A stretch of 64,000 nucleotides of DNA, taken from positions 39,662 to 103,661 of the forward strand of contig JBDRRF010000109.1 in assembly GCA_043825875.1 (NCBI GenBank). The letters are read 5' to 3'. Origin of the DNA: Pseudomonadota bacterium. Its GTDB lineage: Bacteria; Desulfobacterota; Desulfobacteria; Desulfobacterales; RPRI01. This document shows positions 26,959 to 36,813 of the stretch, piece by piece. Below the pieces are notes generated by a model. That model did no database searches. It saw only the letters and a program-made list of their open reading frames with translations, and was not told the origin of the DNA. The translations under genes and the position numbers were made by a program. Each line of letters begins with the position of its first letter. Positions within the stretch are counted from its first letter, which is position 1.

Positions 26959-27636
26959 CTTCTTGATTTGCAGCATTAAATTTCCGCCACGTTGAAATTC
27001 GTAAGGCACCCGGACTTGTTCCACCTCATATCCTTCAGCTCTGAAGTGATCACTTAACGGTTCGACGTGCGATGAGGTCACAGCTCCTAATTGCAACAAT
27101 GGGAAAATTCTCACCTCTCCACACACACGGCAAAGTTCAGTGATAGTGTCGAGGTGGAATTTTAGATCCAAATGATCACTGTAAAGAAAAAGAAAATGGG
27201 AAACAACTGCAAGACCAAAGCCGTCATCAGGGAAACTTAAAATGGGAGCTGACTTATCCACATACCGTTTTTCGAGCTTGCCCTGTGGGTAATCCGAAAG
27301 GAACTCATGCATCGCATTCATTCGGGTTTTTGCCAATTCGTCAATGGAACGAATGTTTTGCCACACGAATTCGTTCATGTTCATTCTTGTTTCTTGAATT
27401 ACTATATCAAAGGTTTCATCAATACGTTTGCTGATCTCATCCACGTCATATGTGTACAGAGGATCAACAGAAACAATTGTTCCTCCCCGCTTGGTCAATT
27501 CAGCGTTGAAGCTGGCGGGACCATCACCACAACCGAGAATAGGCTTGGCAAGATCCTCATCCGACAACGTAAACATCGCCACATACTCTGAAAAGGATCT
27601 ACCCCAAGGAACTATGTCTTTCAATTGGAATGCCAT
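26941..27636 (-). CDS. Cassette: class I SAM-dependent methyltransferase
   Basis: 'ILGCGDGPASF', 'SVDPLY', 'SHFLFLY', 'EVRIFPL'; cassette starts at GTTCGAC (27652-27658), matching its R''. Confidence 0.8.
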   Translation of the reverse strand: MAFQLKDIVPWGRSFSEYVAMFTLSDEDLAKPILGCGDGPASFNAELTKRGGTIVSVDPLYTYDVDEISKRIDETFDIVIQETRMNMNEFVWQNIRSIDELAKTRMNAMHEFLSDYPQGKLEKRYVDKSAPILSFPDDGFGLAVVSHFLFLYSDHLDLKFHLDTITELCRVCGEVRIFPLLQLGAVTSSHVEPLSDHFRAEGYEVEQVRVPYEFQRGGNLMLQIKKVEPRH

Positions 27637-27918
27637 AATACTAACTTTTCAGTCGAACAAGTAATTATACAGTTTTGGATAGCTTCACAATTGTAAGAAA
27701 CTATAGAAAGATTAATAAATAAATTATTCTAAAACCAAAAGTTAGTTACACAAAACTTGTAATTTGTTTATTTTATTATATTCAACAATTATATAGCTTA
27801 ATAACAGATTTTTTATGGTAATATTTTTCTATCTTTATGTATATCATTCTGTTTTTTGGCTCATAAAGAAAGAGGATTCTTTTACATTAAATCCTTAAAA
27901 TTCCGCATAGCCTGCCCT

Positions 27919-27964
27919 AAAAAAACAAAAGCCCCATGCTTCAATTATCTGAAGATTGGGGCTT
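27919..27964 (-). terminator. Rho-independent terminator
   Basis: Minus strand AAGCCCCAATCTTCA...TGAAGCATGGGGCTT followed by a T tract. Confidence 0.55.
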
Positions 27965-27992
27965 GATTGTATCCGGTCATATTGAATCCTTT

Positions 27993-28118
27993 AGAGCGTG
28001 CAATAAAATAACATTAGATACTGGATTGTTTGTTCCAGAAAATATCAAAAATTTCATAATGAACATTAGTGCTTAAATTTTGCTAACACTTTGCATTGAT
28101 TAAATCAACAGATTTTTA
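27993..28118. repeat. Non-coding element duplicated at 5145-5262
   Basis: Same blocks as the 5145 copy, with a small insertion. Confidence 0.8.
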
Positions 28119-28329
28119 TTATTTCTAAATGCGATTCCCCTGTTTATCTCCAATCCCAAAATTTACAAAAAATGCATAATATGTTAATAGCAAAACTGCA
28201 TATGATTTTGTTTCGATTTACAACTTTTAAGCTCTTTTGGAGGAAACGGATTGGTTCTGAATTTGCCCCCTCACCCTGGCCCTCTCCCACGAGTGGAGAG
28301 GGAAAATACTATAATTTGATGGAGCTAAA

Positions 28330-29406
28330 ATGAGTGATTTTTCAAAAACAATGAATGATATTTTAAACTATGGCGCTTTGAATCTTGCCATGGGGATTGG
28401 TTATAAAAACGAAATTTTTGATATCCTTGAGGATCTTGGCAAACCTGTTACTATTGCACAAATTGCATCTGCTTCGAATCTTAACGAACGCTATCTTAAG
28501 GAATGGCTTGGTATAATGGTAACCGGCAAAATTATTATATTATCCCATACCACTGATGGTGAGGATCAATATTATCTTCCGCCGGAACATGCATCATTTT
28601 TAACCCGAAAGTCAGGAAGTAATAATTTAGGAGTTTATACCCAGGAAATACCTTTGCTCACATCTTGCGCTATGGACTCTGTTAACAAAGGCTTTAAAAC
28701 AGGAGATGGAATACCCTTTTCGCAGTATCCTGATTTCCAGCAATTTATGACAGAACTTTCCAATGCAAAACATAACGAAGTGCTTATACAACATTTTCTG
28801 CCTTCTGTTGACAAAGGCAACCTGGTTAAACGTCTTAAAAGCGGAATAAGTGTTTGTGATCTTGGCTGCGGTCAGGGTGTAGCTTTACATCTTATGGCTA
28901 AAGCATTTCCCGAAAGTACTTTCACCGGTATAGATAATCATAGTGAAGCAATCAATACTGCCGGGACAAGGGCTAAGCAGATGGGGCTTTCCAACGTCAT
29001 TTGCGTGGAGCTTGATGCGGCAGCAATTTGTGAGAAAGAAGATTTTATGCAAAAATTTGATTATGTTTGCGCTTTTGATTCCATACATGATCAAAGCCAC
29101 CCGCTAAAAACGCTTAAAGGCGTTCGGTATATGCTTGCTCCGGGTGGTATGTTTTCAATGATAGATATAAAAGCATCTTCGAATCTGGCAGACAATATGG
29201 CTCATCCTATGGGAGCGTTTTTATATACGGTAAGCCTGATGCATTGTATGCCGGTGGGTTTGAATGATAACGGGACCGGCCTTGGTATGATGTGGGGCAG
29301 GGAAAAAGCGGAAAAGCTGCTGGCGGAAGCCGGATTTGAATATATTGAAGTTTGTGAAATGGAGCATGATGGTTTCAATCTTCATTATCTTTGCAAAGTT
29401 GCCTAA
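28330..29406 (+). CDS. SAM-dependent methyltransferase with N-terminal winged helix (Rv2258c-like)
   Basis: 'LNERYLKEWL', 'CDLGCGQG', 'FDSIHD', 'SLMHCMPV...GLGMMWG'. Confidence 0.85.
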   Translation: MSDFSKTMNDILNYGALNLAMGIGYKNEIFDILEDLGKPVTIAQIASASNLNERYLKEWLGIMVTGKIIILSHTTDGEDQYYLPPEHASFLTRKSGSNNLGVYTQEIPLLTSCAMDSVNKGFKTGDGIPFSQYPDFQQFMTELSNAKHNEVLIQHFLPSVDKGNLVKRLKSGISVCDLGCGQGVALHLMAKAFPESTFTGIDNHSEAINTAGTRAKQMGLSNVICVELDAAAICEKEDFMQKFDYVCAFDSIHDQSHPLKTLKGVRYMLAPGGMFSMIDIKASSNLADNMAHPMGAFLYTVSLMHCMPVGLNDNGTGLGMMWGREKAEKLLAEAGFEYIEVCEMEHDGFNLHYLCKVA

Positions 29407-29533
29407 TAAAAATCAATGCCTGTGAAATCAAAGCTTGTTTTTAGCTATATGATGCTTAATGTTTTGGTTATAAGAGACCCATTACGATTATGTTTTGCCG
29501 CAGTTATGTGAAATTTCAAGAAAGGTGTTTTAA

Positions 29534-30478
29534 ATGAAAAAATGGTTAATAGATAAGCTGATATGCCCGGAATGCTTAAATGAAGAAATTTCTCTGGGCA
29601 TAGATATTAAAGAAGAGCAAAAAGAAGATGTAATAGAAGGCGAACTTTTGTGCCCTTCCTGCAAAAGATCTTATGTAATACATGACGGTATTGCGGTAAT
29701 TTTACCTGAACTAACAATGCAGGTTATATCCGATGCTTCGGGATATAATTCAAAAAGCATGTTGTCTTCGTATCTGTGGAGTCATTTTTCCGATATGTTC
29801 AATGACCCCGGTGCAACCGACGCTTATAAGGTGTGGTCTTCATTTTTCAGGGAATCAGGCGGTTTTGCCCTTGATATCGGATGTTCGGTTGGGAGATTGT
29901 CGTTTGAATTAAGCAGATATCATTCTAATGTAATAGGTATTGATACTTCCATATCTTTTATTAAAAAAGCACGGGAATTGTTGTTTAAAAAAAGCCTGAA
30001 TTTCGATTTGACCATAGAAGGTTTGCTAACCGAAGAACGTTCATGTGATTTTGACAGCACCTGGAATTATGACAGGATTGATTTTATTGTAGCAGATGCA
30101 TTAAGGCTTCCGTTTACCAAAAATACTTTTTCTACGGTAACTTCTATAAACGTACTGGAAAAGGTTTCTCGCCCGATACAGCATTTGGCGGATATAAACA
30201 GGGTTTTAAATAATGAAAAATCAATGCTTGTTTTTTCCGATCCGTTTTCCTGGGATGAGTCGGTATCTGACCCTAAGCATTGGTTGGGCGGTGTGGAAAA
30301 CGGAAACGGGAACAAGCGTGGTATAGATAATATAAAAAGCCTTTTACTGGGAGAAAAAAATATATTTGATCCGCCCCTTAAAATAACGGACAAAGGCAAT
30401 GTTTCCTGGAAAATAAGAAAAACGGAAAATCTGTGGGAGTATATCAATTCGCAATTTATTGTTGGTACGCGTATATAA
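29534..30478 (+). CDS. Trm112-like domain plus SAM methyltransferase resembling the OvoA C-terminal domain
   Basis: N-terminal CPEC...CPSC..Y.IHDGI; 'ALDIGCSVGRLSFEL', 'DPFSW...WLGG'. Confidence 0.7.
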   Translation: MKKWLIDKLICPECLNEEISLGIDIKEEQKEDVIEGELLCPSCKRSYVIHDGIAVILPELTMQVISDASGYNSKSMLSSYLWSHFSDMFNDPGATDAYKVWSSFFRESGGFALDIGCSVGRLSFELSRYHSNVIGIDTSISFIKKARELLFKKSLNFDLTIEGLLTEERSCDFDSTWNYDRIDFIVADALRLPFTKNTFSTVTSINVLEKVSRPIQHLADINRVLNNEKSMLVFSDPFSWDESVSDPKHWLGGVENGNGNKRGIDNIKSLLLGEKNIFDPPLKITDKGNVSWKIRKTENLWEYINSQFIVGTRI

Positions 30479-30502
30479 AACAATTTTCATGGAGTAGTAA
30501 TA

Positions 30503-32710
30503 TTGGACAAAAAATACGGAATTTGCGGTTTATGTTTTCATAGCCCTGGCTGTGGCGCTATTATACATTTTGATATAGAAGGTAAAATAGACTGGCTGGA
30601 ACCTGACCCGGAAGCTCCTTCAGGTAATACTCTGTGTCCCATTGCAGGCAGCGCAAAACAAATCGTATATTCTGATAAAAGGCTAAAGCATCCTTTAAAA
30701 AGAACAGGCCCGAAGGGGACATATGAGTTTGAAGAAATCTCCTGGGACGAGGCTTTTGATACTATTACAGATAAATTAAACGAACTGAAGAAGAACTTCG
30801 GTCCGGAAACTGTAGGTATTTATGCCGGCACAGGTTCCTATGAAAGATCTTTCAAGGATATATTCCAGTTAAAGGGATCGGAAATTTATCTGGCATCAAG
30901 TGTATTATTTCCGTTCGGTTCTCCAAACACATTTGGTGTAGGCGCACCATGTTATACATCTTTGGGAGTTCTTGCCCCAAAGCTAACAATGGGATGTTTG
31001 CACATCGATATGTTTTCCGATGTTGATAATTCCGATCTTATACTGGTATGGGGTACTGATCCGTCTACTTCCACGCCACCAGAGATGTTTAAACGCTTAA
31101 AAACAGCCTCTGAAGAAGGCGCAGAGATTATAGTAATAGATCCCAGAAAAACAAAAGCAACAGAGCTTGAAGGCAGTGAATGGCTTCCTATCAGGCCTGG
31201 GTCGGATGGTGCATTGGCTTTGGGCTTGTCTCATATTATTATAAGGGATAATCTTTTCGATACACAATTCGTTAAGGATTGGACACTTGGATTTGATGAA
31301 TTCCGTGAGTATGTAAAAGATTTTACTCCTGATTATGTATCAAAAATTACAGGAATAGATAAAAACAGAATTGAAAGTCTGGCCAAAAGCATTGCAGATG
31401 CCGAAGGCGCATCCTATATAATGTATACGGGTCTGGAATATACAAAAAGCGGGGTTCAGAATATACGTGCGGTAATGGTATTGTGGGCGCTTGCCGGACA
31501 GCTTGATGTAGAAGGTGGAAGATGCTTTGCAAGAAGAGAAAATCGTATTCCAATATGCAAAAGCAAACAGATTGAAACTCCCGGTTTTGAAAAATCAATC
31601 GGCAAAGGCAAGTTTCCGGTTTATTCTTATTATTGCGGCGGAGAGCCCCATGCCAGTCTTTTACCCAAATCAATTATAGATGCAGATCCGTATAAGATCA
31701 GGGCAATGATTATTTACGGGGCATCGCTTATAACATCCTGGCCTAATCCGGGTCTTTGGCGAAAAGCTTTGCAGGAGCTGGATTTTCTGGTTACCATGGA
31801 TTTGCAGTTTACAGCAGATGCCGCTTATGCTGACATAGTACTTCCTGCAACAACGGCATTTGAACAGTCATCTTATTGCTATTACGGGTCTTCATTAAGA
31901 TTAAGAGAAAAGATAATAGAACCGCTTTATGAGGCAAGATCCGGTTATGATTTTTTTACGGAGCTTGCCAAACGTTTAGGATACGGGCATCTCTATCCGC
32001 AGAATCAGAAAGAACTTCTCGAATACATATTGAGTGAATCAGGCTTTACGGTAGAAGACTTAATGAATGCCGACAGGAATGTTATCAAAATTGCCGGGAC
32101 ACATACAGAATACAGAAAATGGGAAAAAGGTCTTTTGCGAAGCGACGGCAAACCCGGATTTGACACGCCTTCAGGTAAATTTGAAATAAAATCCACAATT
32201 CTTGAAAAATACGGATACAGCGGTATTCCCAAATATGAAGAAACTCTTGAAACATATACAGTTAATCCCAAGTTGTCAGAAAAATATCCTCTTATTTTAG
32301 GAACGGGTCCTTTAAAACCCGATATGAAATCCTGCCTGCGCGCCATACCGGCATTTATAGAGATATATCCTTCTCCTATCGTTCAAATGAATAAAACAGA
32401 TGCCAAAGAACGCGGTATAGAAACGGGAAACAAGGTAAGTATTAAAACAGCCCGCGGTTCGGTGCTGATGAGAGCACTTGTAACGGAAAAAATAATGAAA
32501 GGTTTTGCATATGCCCAGGTTGGCGGTGGCGGGCCATTGGGACCTGATGAATGGAAAGAGGCCAATGTCAATGATTTAACGGATATGGAGCAGCTTGATG
32601 AAATATCCGGATTTCCGGTTTACAAAACACTTTTGTGCCAGATAAAAAAAAAGAAACGGGAACGCAGGAAGATAGCCGTTCAGGACCCGGGTTTGGGTTG
32701 TGTGGGATAA
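30503..32710 (+). CDS. Mo/W-bisPGD oxidoreductase (DMSO reductase family, Cys-ligated, acetylene-hydratase-like)
   Basis: N-terminal CGLC..SPGC..LC Fe-S motif, 'RLKHPLKR', 'ISWDEA', 'IVIDPR', 'ADIVLPA', 'TPSGKFE'; candidate metal ligand in 'GAPCY'. Confidence 0.88.
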   Translation: MDKKYGICGLCFHSPGCGAIIHFDIEGKIDWLEPDPEAPSGNTLCPIAGSAKQIVYSDKRLKHPLKRTGPKGTYEFEEISWDEAFDTITDKLNELKKNFGPETVGIYAGTGSYERSFKDIFQLKGSEIYLASSVLFPFGSPNTFGVGAPCYTSLGVLAPKLTMGCLHIDMFSDVDNSDLILVWGTDPSTSTPPEMFKRLKTASEEGAEIIVIDPRKTKATELEGSEWLPIRPGSDGALALGLSHIIIRDNLFDTQFVKDWTLGFDEFREYVKDFTPDYVSKITGIDKNRIESLAKSIADAEGASYIMYTGLEYTKSGVQNIRAVMVLWALAGQLDVEGGRCFARRENRIPICKSKQIETPGFEKSIGKGKFPVYSYYCGGEPHASLLPKSIIDADPYKIRAMIIYGASLITSWPNPGLWRKALQELDFLVTMDLQFTADAAYADIVLPATTAFEQSSYCYYGSSLRLREKIIEPLYEARSGYDFFTELAKRLGYGHLYPQNQKELLEYILSESGFTVEDLMNADRNVIKIAGTHTEYRKWEKGLLRSDGKPGFDTPSGKFEIKSTILEKYGYSGIPKYEETLETYTVNPKLSEKYPLILGTGPLKPDMKSCLRAIPAFIEIYPSPIVQMNKTDAKERGIETGNKVSIKTARGSVLMRALVTEKIMKGFAYAQVGGGGPLGPDEWKEANVNDLTDMEQLDEISGFPVYKTLLCQIKKKKRERRKIAVQDPGLGCVG

Positions 32711-32714
32711 CTTT

Positions 32715-35345
32715 TTAGTCTGATTCTATTGCCAGATTTTTCAGGCTTTGATAATCCGTTTTTCCGCTTCCCAGAACAGGGATCTTATCAAGCTTTACTA
32801 TCTTTCTTACATTGTGCAAACCGGATAAGCCGCTTTGGCGAATAAGATTATTTACTTCTTCCCGTTCAATATCTCTTGTGGTATAAAGTATCATCTCAGG
32901 ATGATATTCTGAAGATGTAGCTCCTACAGCAAGCACAGGCCCTTCTTCATTTTCATCCGACAAAGCGTTTAAAAGAACATTCTCTATAGCGGGAAGTGAA
33001 ACCATTTCTCCGCCTAGTTTTATAAAACGTTTTAATCTGCCACAAAATGTTAATATTTTGTACATATCTTCTTTTACAAGATCTCCGGTGTCAAAGAAAT
33101 TTTTGCCTTCAAATTCAACAAAAGGTGATTTAACGTCACTTTGCAAATAACCTGCAAAAACATTCGGCCCTTTCACCAGAAGCAATCCCTGTTCATCTGC
33201 AAAAACTTTAGTTTTCTTTTCAGGATGAATTATGGCATATTCCATAGAAGGAAGTATTTTGCCGATTGTTCCAGGAGCAGGATTTTTATCGGAATTTACA
33301 CTAACAACAGGAGAACATTCCGTAATACCATAGCCTTCACACATTACTGCTTTGGGACATGTTTTGTTGAAAAGATCATAAACATGATCAGGGCATTTTT
33401 CCGCACCGGTAAAAACAAGTCTTATACTTGAAAGATCCTGCGCCTTGGCTGCATTTATAATTCCATTGATAAAAGTCGGGGTTCCCAAAAGTAAAGAAAC
33501 TTTATATGCACCTATCAGGCCTGCAATTGAAACAGCTTCAGTGGGATTTGGGTGATACACGGTTTTAAGCCCTGCACATAACGGCAGGATAATAGTGCCG
33601 GCAAGACCCAGTGAATGAAAAGGAGGAAGCATTCCAAGTAAGCGATCATTTGAGAAAAAGTGTAAAACCGCGGAAAAATCTTTCAAATTACTTATAAAAT
33701 TATTATGTGAAAGCGGAACCGCCTTGGGTTTAGCTTCCGAGCCGCTTGTAAACAAAATAGCTGCCGTATCCGAAATATTTACCTTTGAAAGAGACTTTAA
33801 GGAAATACTGCTTTTTATAAAAGCCGATGCTTTTTGAAACACTGATATATTTTTTGCTATGTTTTCAAGTTCTACCCAGTTAACATCTATTGAAGAATAA
33901 TCCAAGCCCTGATTTTTTAATTTTTCAAGCAAAGCTTTAGCAGTAATAATATTTTTTACAGATGCTGTATTTAAACAATGCTGCATAAAACCAGTTCCAA
34001 CCGTCCAGTTTATCATAACAGGAATTTTACCGCTAAACATTACAGCAAGATAAACAATAGCAGCGCTCACGGACGCAGGAAGCATTATTCCGATAACATT
34101 TCCGGGCATTTTATCCATTTCAAACTTTAATAACGTAATTGCAATTACAAGTTCACGATATGTTTTTGCACCACTTATCTGATCGGATAAAATAATTTTT
34201 CCCGGATTTAAGCGGGCCTGTGACAGAAAAAGATCTGCTATGGATTCTCCGGCAGGAAGGGTAAGGGGCGCTTGTGCTTTGTCTTTAAACCATCCGGATG
34301 GCACATGTTTTAATGTTCCCAACTTTTTTCCGATTATTTGACCACATGCGGCAAGATAACAATCTCCAACGGTTTTAAGAGCACCAACATCATCAATTGT
34401 AAAACCGAATTCGTTTTCTATCCATCCCATAAGCTCAACTATTTTCAGACTGTCTAGTCCCAGATCGTTAGAAAGCCTGTCGTTGTCGTTTATCGATGAG
34501 ATTCCTGTGATATCACTCAAATACTTTGTAACAATTTTTTTTGTTTCAGATGGAACCAGTGAAGGGTCACCGATAATCTTATTAACTTCAGGTTCGGGTA
34601 GCAGCTTTTGTTCTGTTTTTTCCCACCAGAAATATGGGACATAGGTATTATGCAAAGGATCAGCATTATAGTAATTTTCCAGATATTGATTGATTGTCAA
34701 CCTGTCGGCAAGCCTTGGGATATCATCCGGTTCTTTAAATTCAACAGTAACTTTTCTTTTGGGAATAAAAAATATCCCATTTGCAAAAATGCTAAAAATA
34801 TATTTACTGATATAACCAAAAATAGCTGGGGCTTTTCCTCCTGCATAACTGAAACTGCTGCCCCATAATCCTTTTGTTCTGACAAGTACTATTTTTATAT
34901 CGGGAATTTCTTTTAAAATGTGTTCAACAATTGCGTTTCCTCCCACATCTTCCAGATAGCTGCGGTAAATATGTCCTGAAGGATATATAAGCACATTATC
35001 GCCATCCTTAAGGGCAATAACAATCTCTTTCATACCCAAACGTATCTGCTCGCTTTGGCCTCGGTCGCTTTTTTCCATATCGGGAATTATAACAGGTCTT
35101 AGATGTTTCATGATTTGGCGGACTACAGGTTTACTGGTCTGGGCTTCATCACCAAGCGGCCTTGGTTTAAATGATTTATGCAGTAATGACATAATAATTA
35201 CGGGATCTATTAAGGCCGGATGGTTCGGCAAAAAAAGTATCCCTTTGCCGTTTGGATTATTTATCGCATCAAGACCTGTAACCTGTAGTGAATAACGCAG
35301 TTTTAGTAATTGTATTAAGATAAATCTTATAATTTTTTCAAACAT
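32715..35345 (-). CDS. aas: Aas-like acyltransferase-ACP-acyl-AMP ligase fusion
   Basis: 'NHPALID' (HxxxxD) and 'YPSG'; ACP 'LGLDSL'; 'FTSGSEAKPKAV', 'EGYGITE', 'FDTGD'. Confidence 0.8.
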   Translation of the reverse strand: MFEKIIRFILIQLLKLRYSLQVTGLDAINNPNGKGILFLPNHPALIDPVIIMSLLHKSFKPRPLGDEAQTSKPVVRQIMKHLRPVIIPDMEKSDRGQSEQIRLGMKEIVIALKDGDNVLIYPSGHIYRSYLEDVGGNAIVEHILKEIPDIKIVLVRTKGLWGSSFSYAGGKAPAIFGYISKYIFSIFANGIFFIPKRKVTVEFKEPDDIPRLADRLTINQYLENYYNADPLHNTYVPYFWWEKTEQKLLPEPEVNKIIGDPSLVPSETKKIVTKYLSDITGISSINDNDRLSNDLGLDSLKIVELMGWIENEFGFTIDDVGALKTVGDCYLAACGQIIGKKLGTLKHVPSGWFKDKAQAPLTLPAGESIADLFLSQARLNPGKIILSDQISGAKTYRELVIAITLLKFEMDKMPGNVIGIMLPASVSAAIVYLAVMFSGKIPVMINWTVGTGFMQHCLNTASVKNIITAKALLEKLKNQGLDYSSIDVNWVELENIAKNISVFQKASAFIKSSISLKSLSKVNISDTAAILFTSGSEAKPKAVPLSHNNFISNLKDFSAVLHFFSNDRLLGMLPPFHSLGLAGTIILPLCAGLKTVYHPNPTEAVSIAGLIGAYKVSLLLGTPTFINGIINAAKAQDLSSIRLVFTGAEKCPDHVYDLFNKTCPKAVMCEGYGITECSPVVSVNSDKNPAPGTIGKILPSMEYAIIHPEKKTKVFADEQGLLLVKGPNVFAGYLQSDVKSPFVEFEGKNFFDTGDLVKEDMYKILTFCGRLKRFIKLGGEMVSLPAIENVLLNALSDENEEGPVLAVGATSSEYHPEMILYTTRDIEREEVNNLIRQSGLSGLHNVRKIVKLDKIPVLGSGKTDYQSLKNLAIESD

Positions 35346-36603
35346 GATTTATTCCCTTACGTTTACGTATCGCTAAAAAACAAAACGAAGCAATTACTGA
35401 AAAAATACCCAAAACCCCGATATTTGCTGATGGACTGAATAAATGATCCATAAATATAAACACCTGTCCTGCTATAAGCATTGCAGAAAAAGAGCAAAAA
35501 TTCGATACTGAAATTATTCTTCCCTTTGCATCCGGAGCCGGGCGAATCTGGATAAAACTTGTTACCGGAATAAGAAAAACTCCCCCGCAGGCACCGGTTA
35601 TAAAAAGGAAAAGAAAAAGAAATATCTGTCTGATACTTTCCGGCATCATGGGCGTAGCAAATGTTAATATTAAACCTATGCCCAAACCAAGAGAAGATGG
35701 GAACAATACACTTGACCATGGTTTTTTGGCAACTATTCTTGCAGCCAAGAAAGATCCGGCACAAATACCTATCATCAGAGAAACGGTAAGAAGACTTGTC
35801 ATGGTTCGTGTAATACCAAGCTGATTAAGGCCGAATGTATTTATATGCAGTACTGCCAGAAGACTTAAAAAATAAAAAAAAGCATCGCTAAGAATAGCTA
35901 AGAATAGTTCCGGATCTTTGCGTATCGCAAAAAATTCCAATAATGAGTCAAAAGGCCCTGTAAAAGGAAAAGATACCGAGGTTCCCACAGGTTCCCGCTT
36001 ATTTACTCCAAAGCTTACCAAAACTCCCAATAAGGCTACTGTTAATATTACAGCAGCAACAAGTACCTGGCCTAAATCGGCACCCATAAAAATCCCTTTT
36101 TTATCAAGCACTATACCGGCTAATGATATCCCTGCCAAAATGGCTGCTGTGCTGACAAATTTTACAACTGCATTGGCATGCCCGACATAGATTTCAGGAT
36201 AAAGCTCAGGGATGGAACCGTTTAATGCAGGCCCGAAAATTGCCGACTGAAGCCCCATAATAAATATCATTGCAAGTATACAGTTCCAGTTTACGCTTAT
36301 AATACCGTAAGCTCCGATTAACATTGCTATCAGTTCAAGAAGTTTTGCGCCTATAATTACTTTGCGTTTAGAAAAACGGTCAGCCATCCATCCTGAATAT
36401 GCCGAGAACAATATAAAAGGAAGAGAAAAAAGGATTGTCGCTTTTCCCTGCAATGCACTTTTTCCGGCAACAACAGCCATCAACATGGCTGCCTGCTTAA
36501 AAAAATTATCATTGAAAGCGCCTAAGAAATAGGCGGATGCCATAGCAATAAATTTTGATCTTCCCTGTTTTATCCGTGATATTACTTCTGGTTCATAATT
36601 CAT
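35338..36603 (-). CDS. LplT-like MFS lysophospholipid transporter
   Basis: 'GAFNDNFFKQ', 'GWMADRFSK', 'QSAIFGPA'; overlaps the Aas-like gene start. Confidence 0.8.
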   Translation of the reverse strand: MNYEPEVISRIKQGRSKFIAMASAYFLGAFNDNFFKQAAMLMAVVAGKSALQGKATILFSLPFILFSAYSGWMADRFSKRKVIIGAKLLELIAMLIGAYGIISVNWNCILAMIFIMGLQSAIFGPALNGSIPELYPEIYVGHANAVVKFVSTAAILAGISLAGIVLDKKGIFMGADLGQVLVAAVILTVALLGVLVSFGVNKREPVGTSVSFPFTGPFDSLLEFFAIRKDPELFLAILSDAFFYFLSLLAVLHINTFGLNQLGITRTMTSLLTVSLMIGICAGSFLAARIVAKKPWSSVLFPSSLGLGIGLILTFATPMMPESIRQIFLFLFLFITGACGGVFLIPVTSFIQIRPAPDAKGRIISVSNFCSFSAMLIAGQVFIFMDHLFSPSANIGVLGIFSVIASFCFLAIRKRKGINHV

Positions 36604-36813
36604 TCTATCTATCCGGCTTAAGAGTAAGATTAATATTATTTGTAAAATTTATAAAAATATATCTTTATATCACAAATATCCATCTGAATATATAAGTTTA
36701 TTTCTTTATAGTTGACAGGTTTTTATTGAATTGGTAAAAATATATCCGTGTAAAAAAGAAAGGTTTGATAATTTGTCGTAGTCAAATAAAGTTGAAAGGA
36801 AGGTTAGCAGAAT

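Noticed and set aside
27660..28330. Integron integrase expected at the array head (also 4950-5600)
   Set aside because: No ORF with tyrosine-recombinase motifs; AT-rich non-coding DNA
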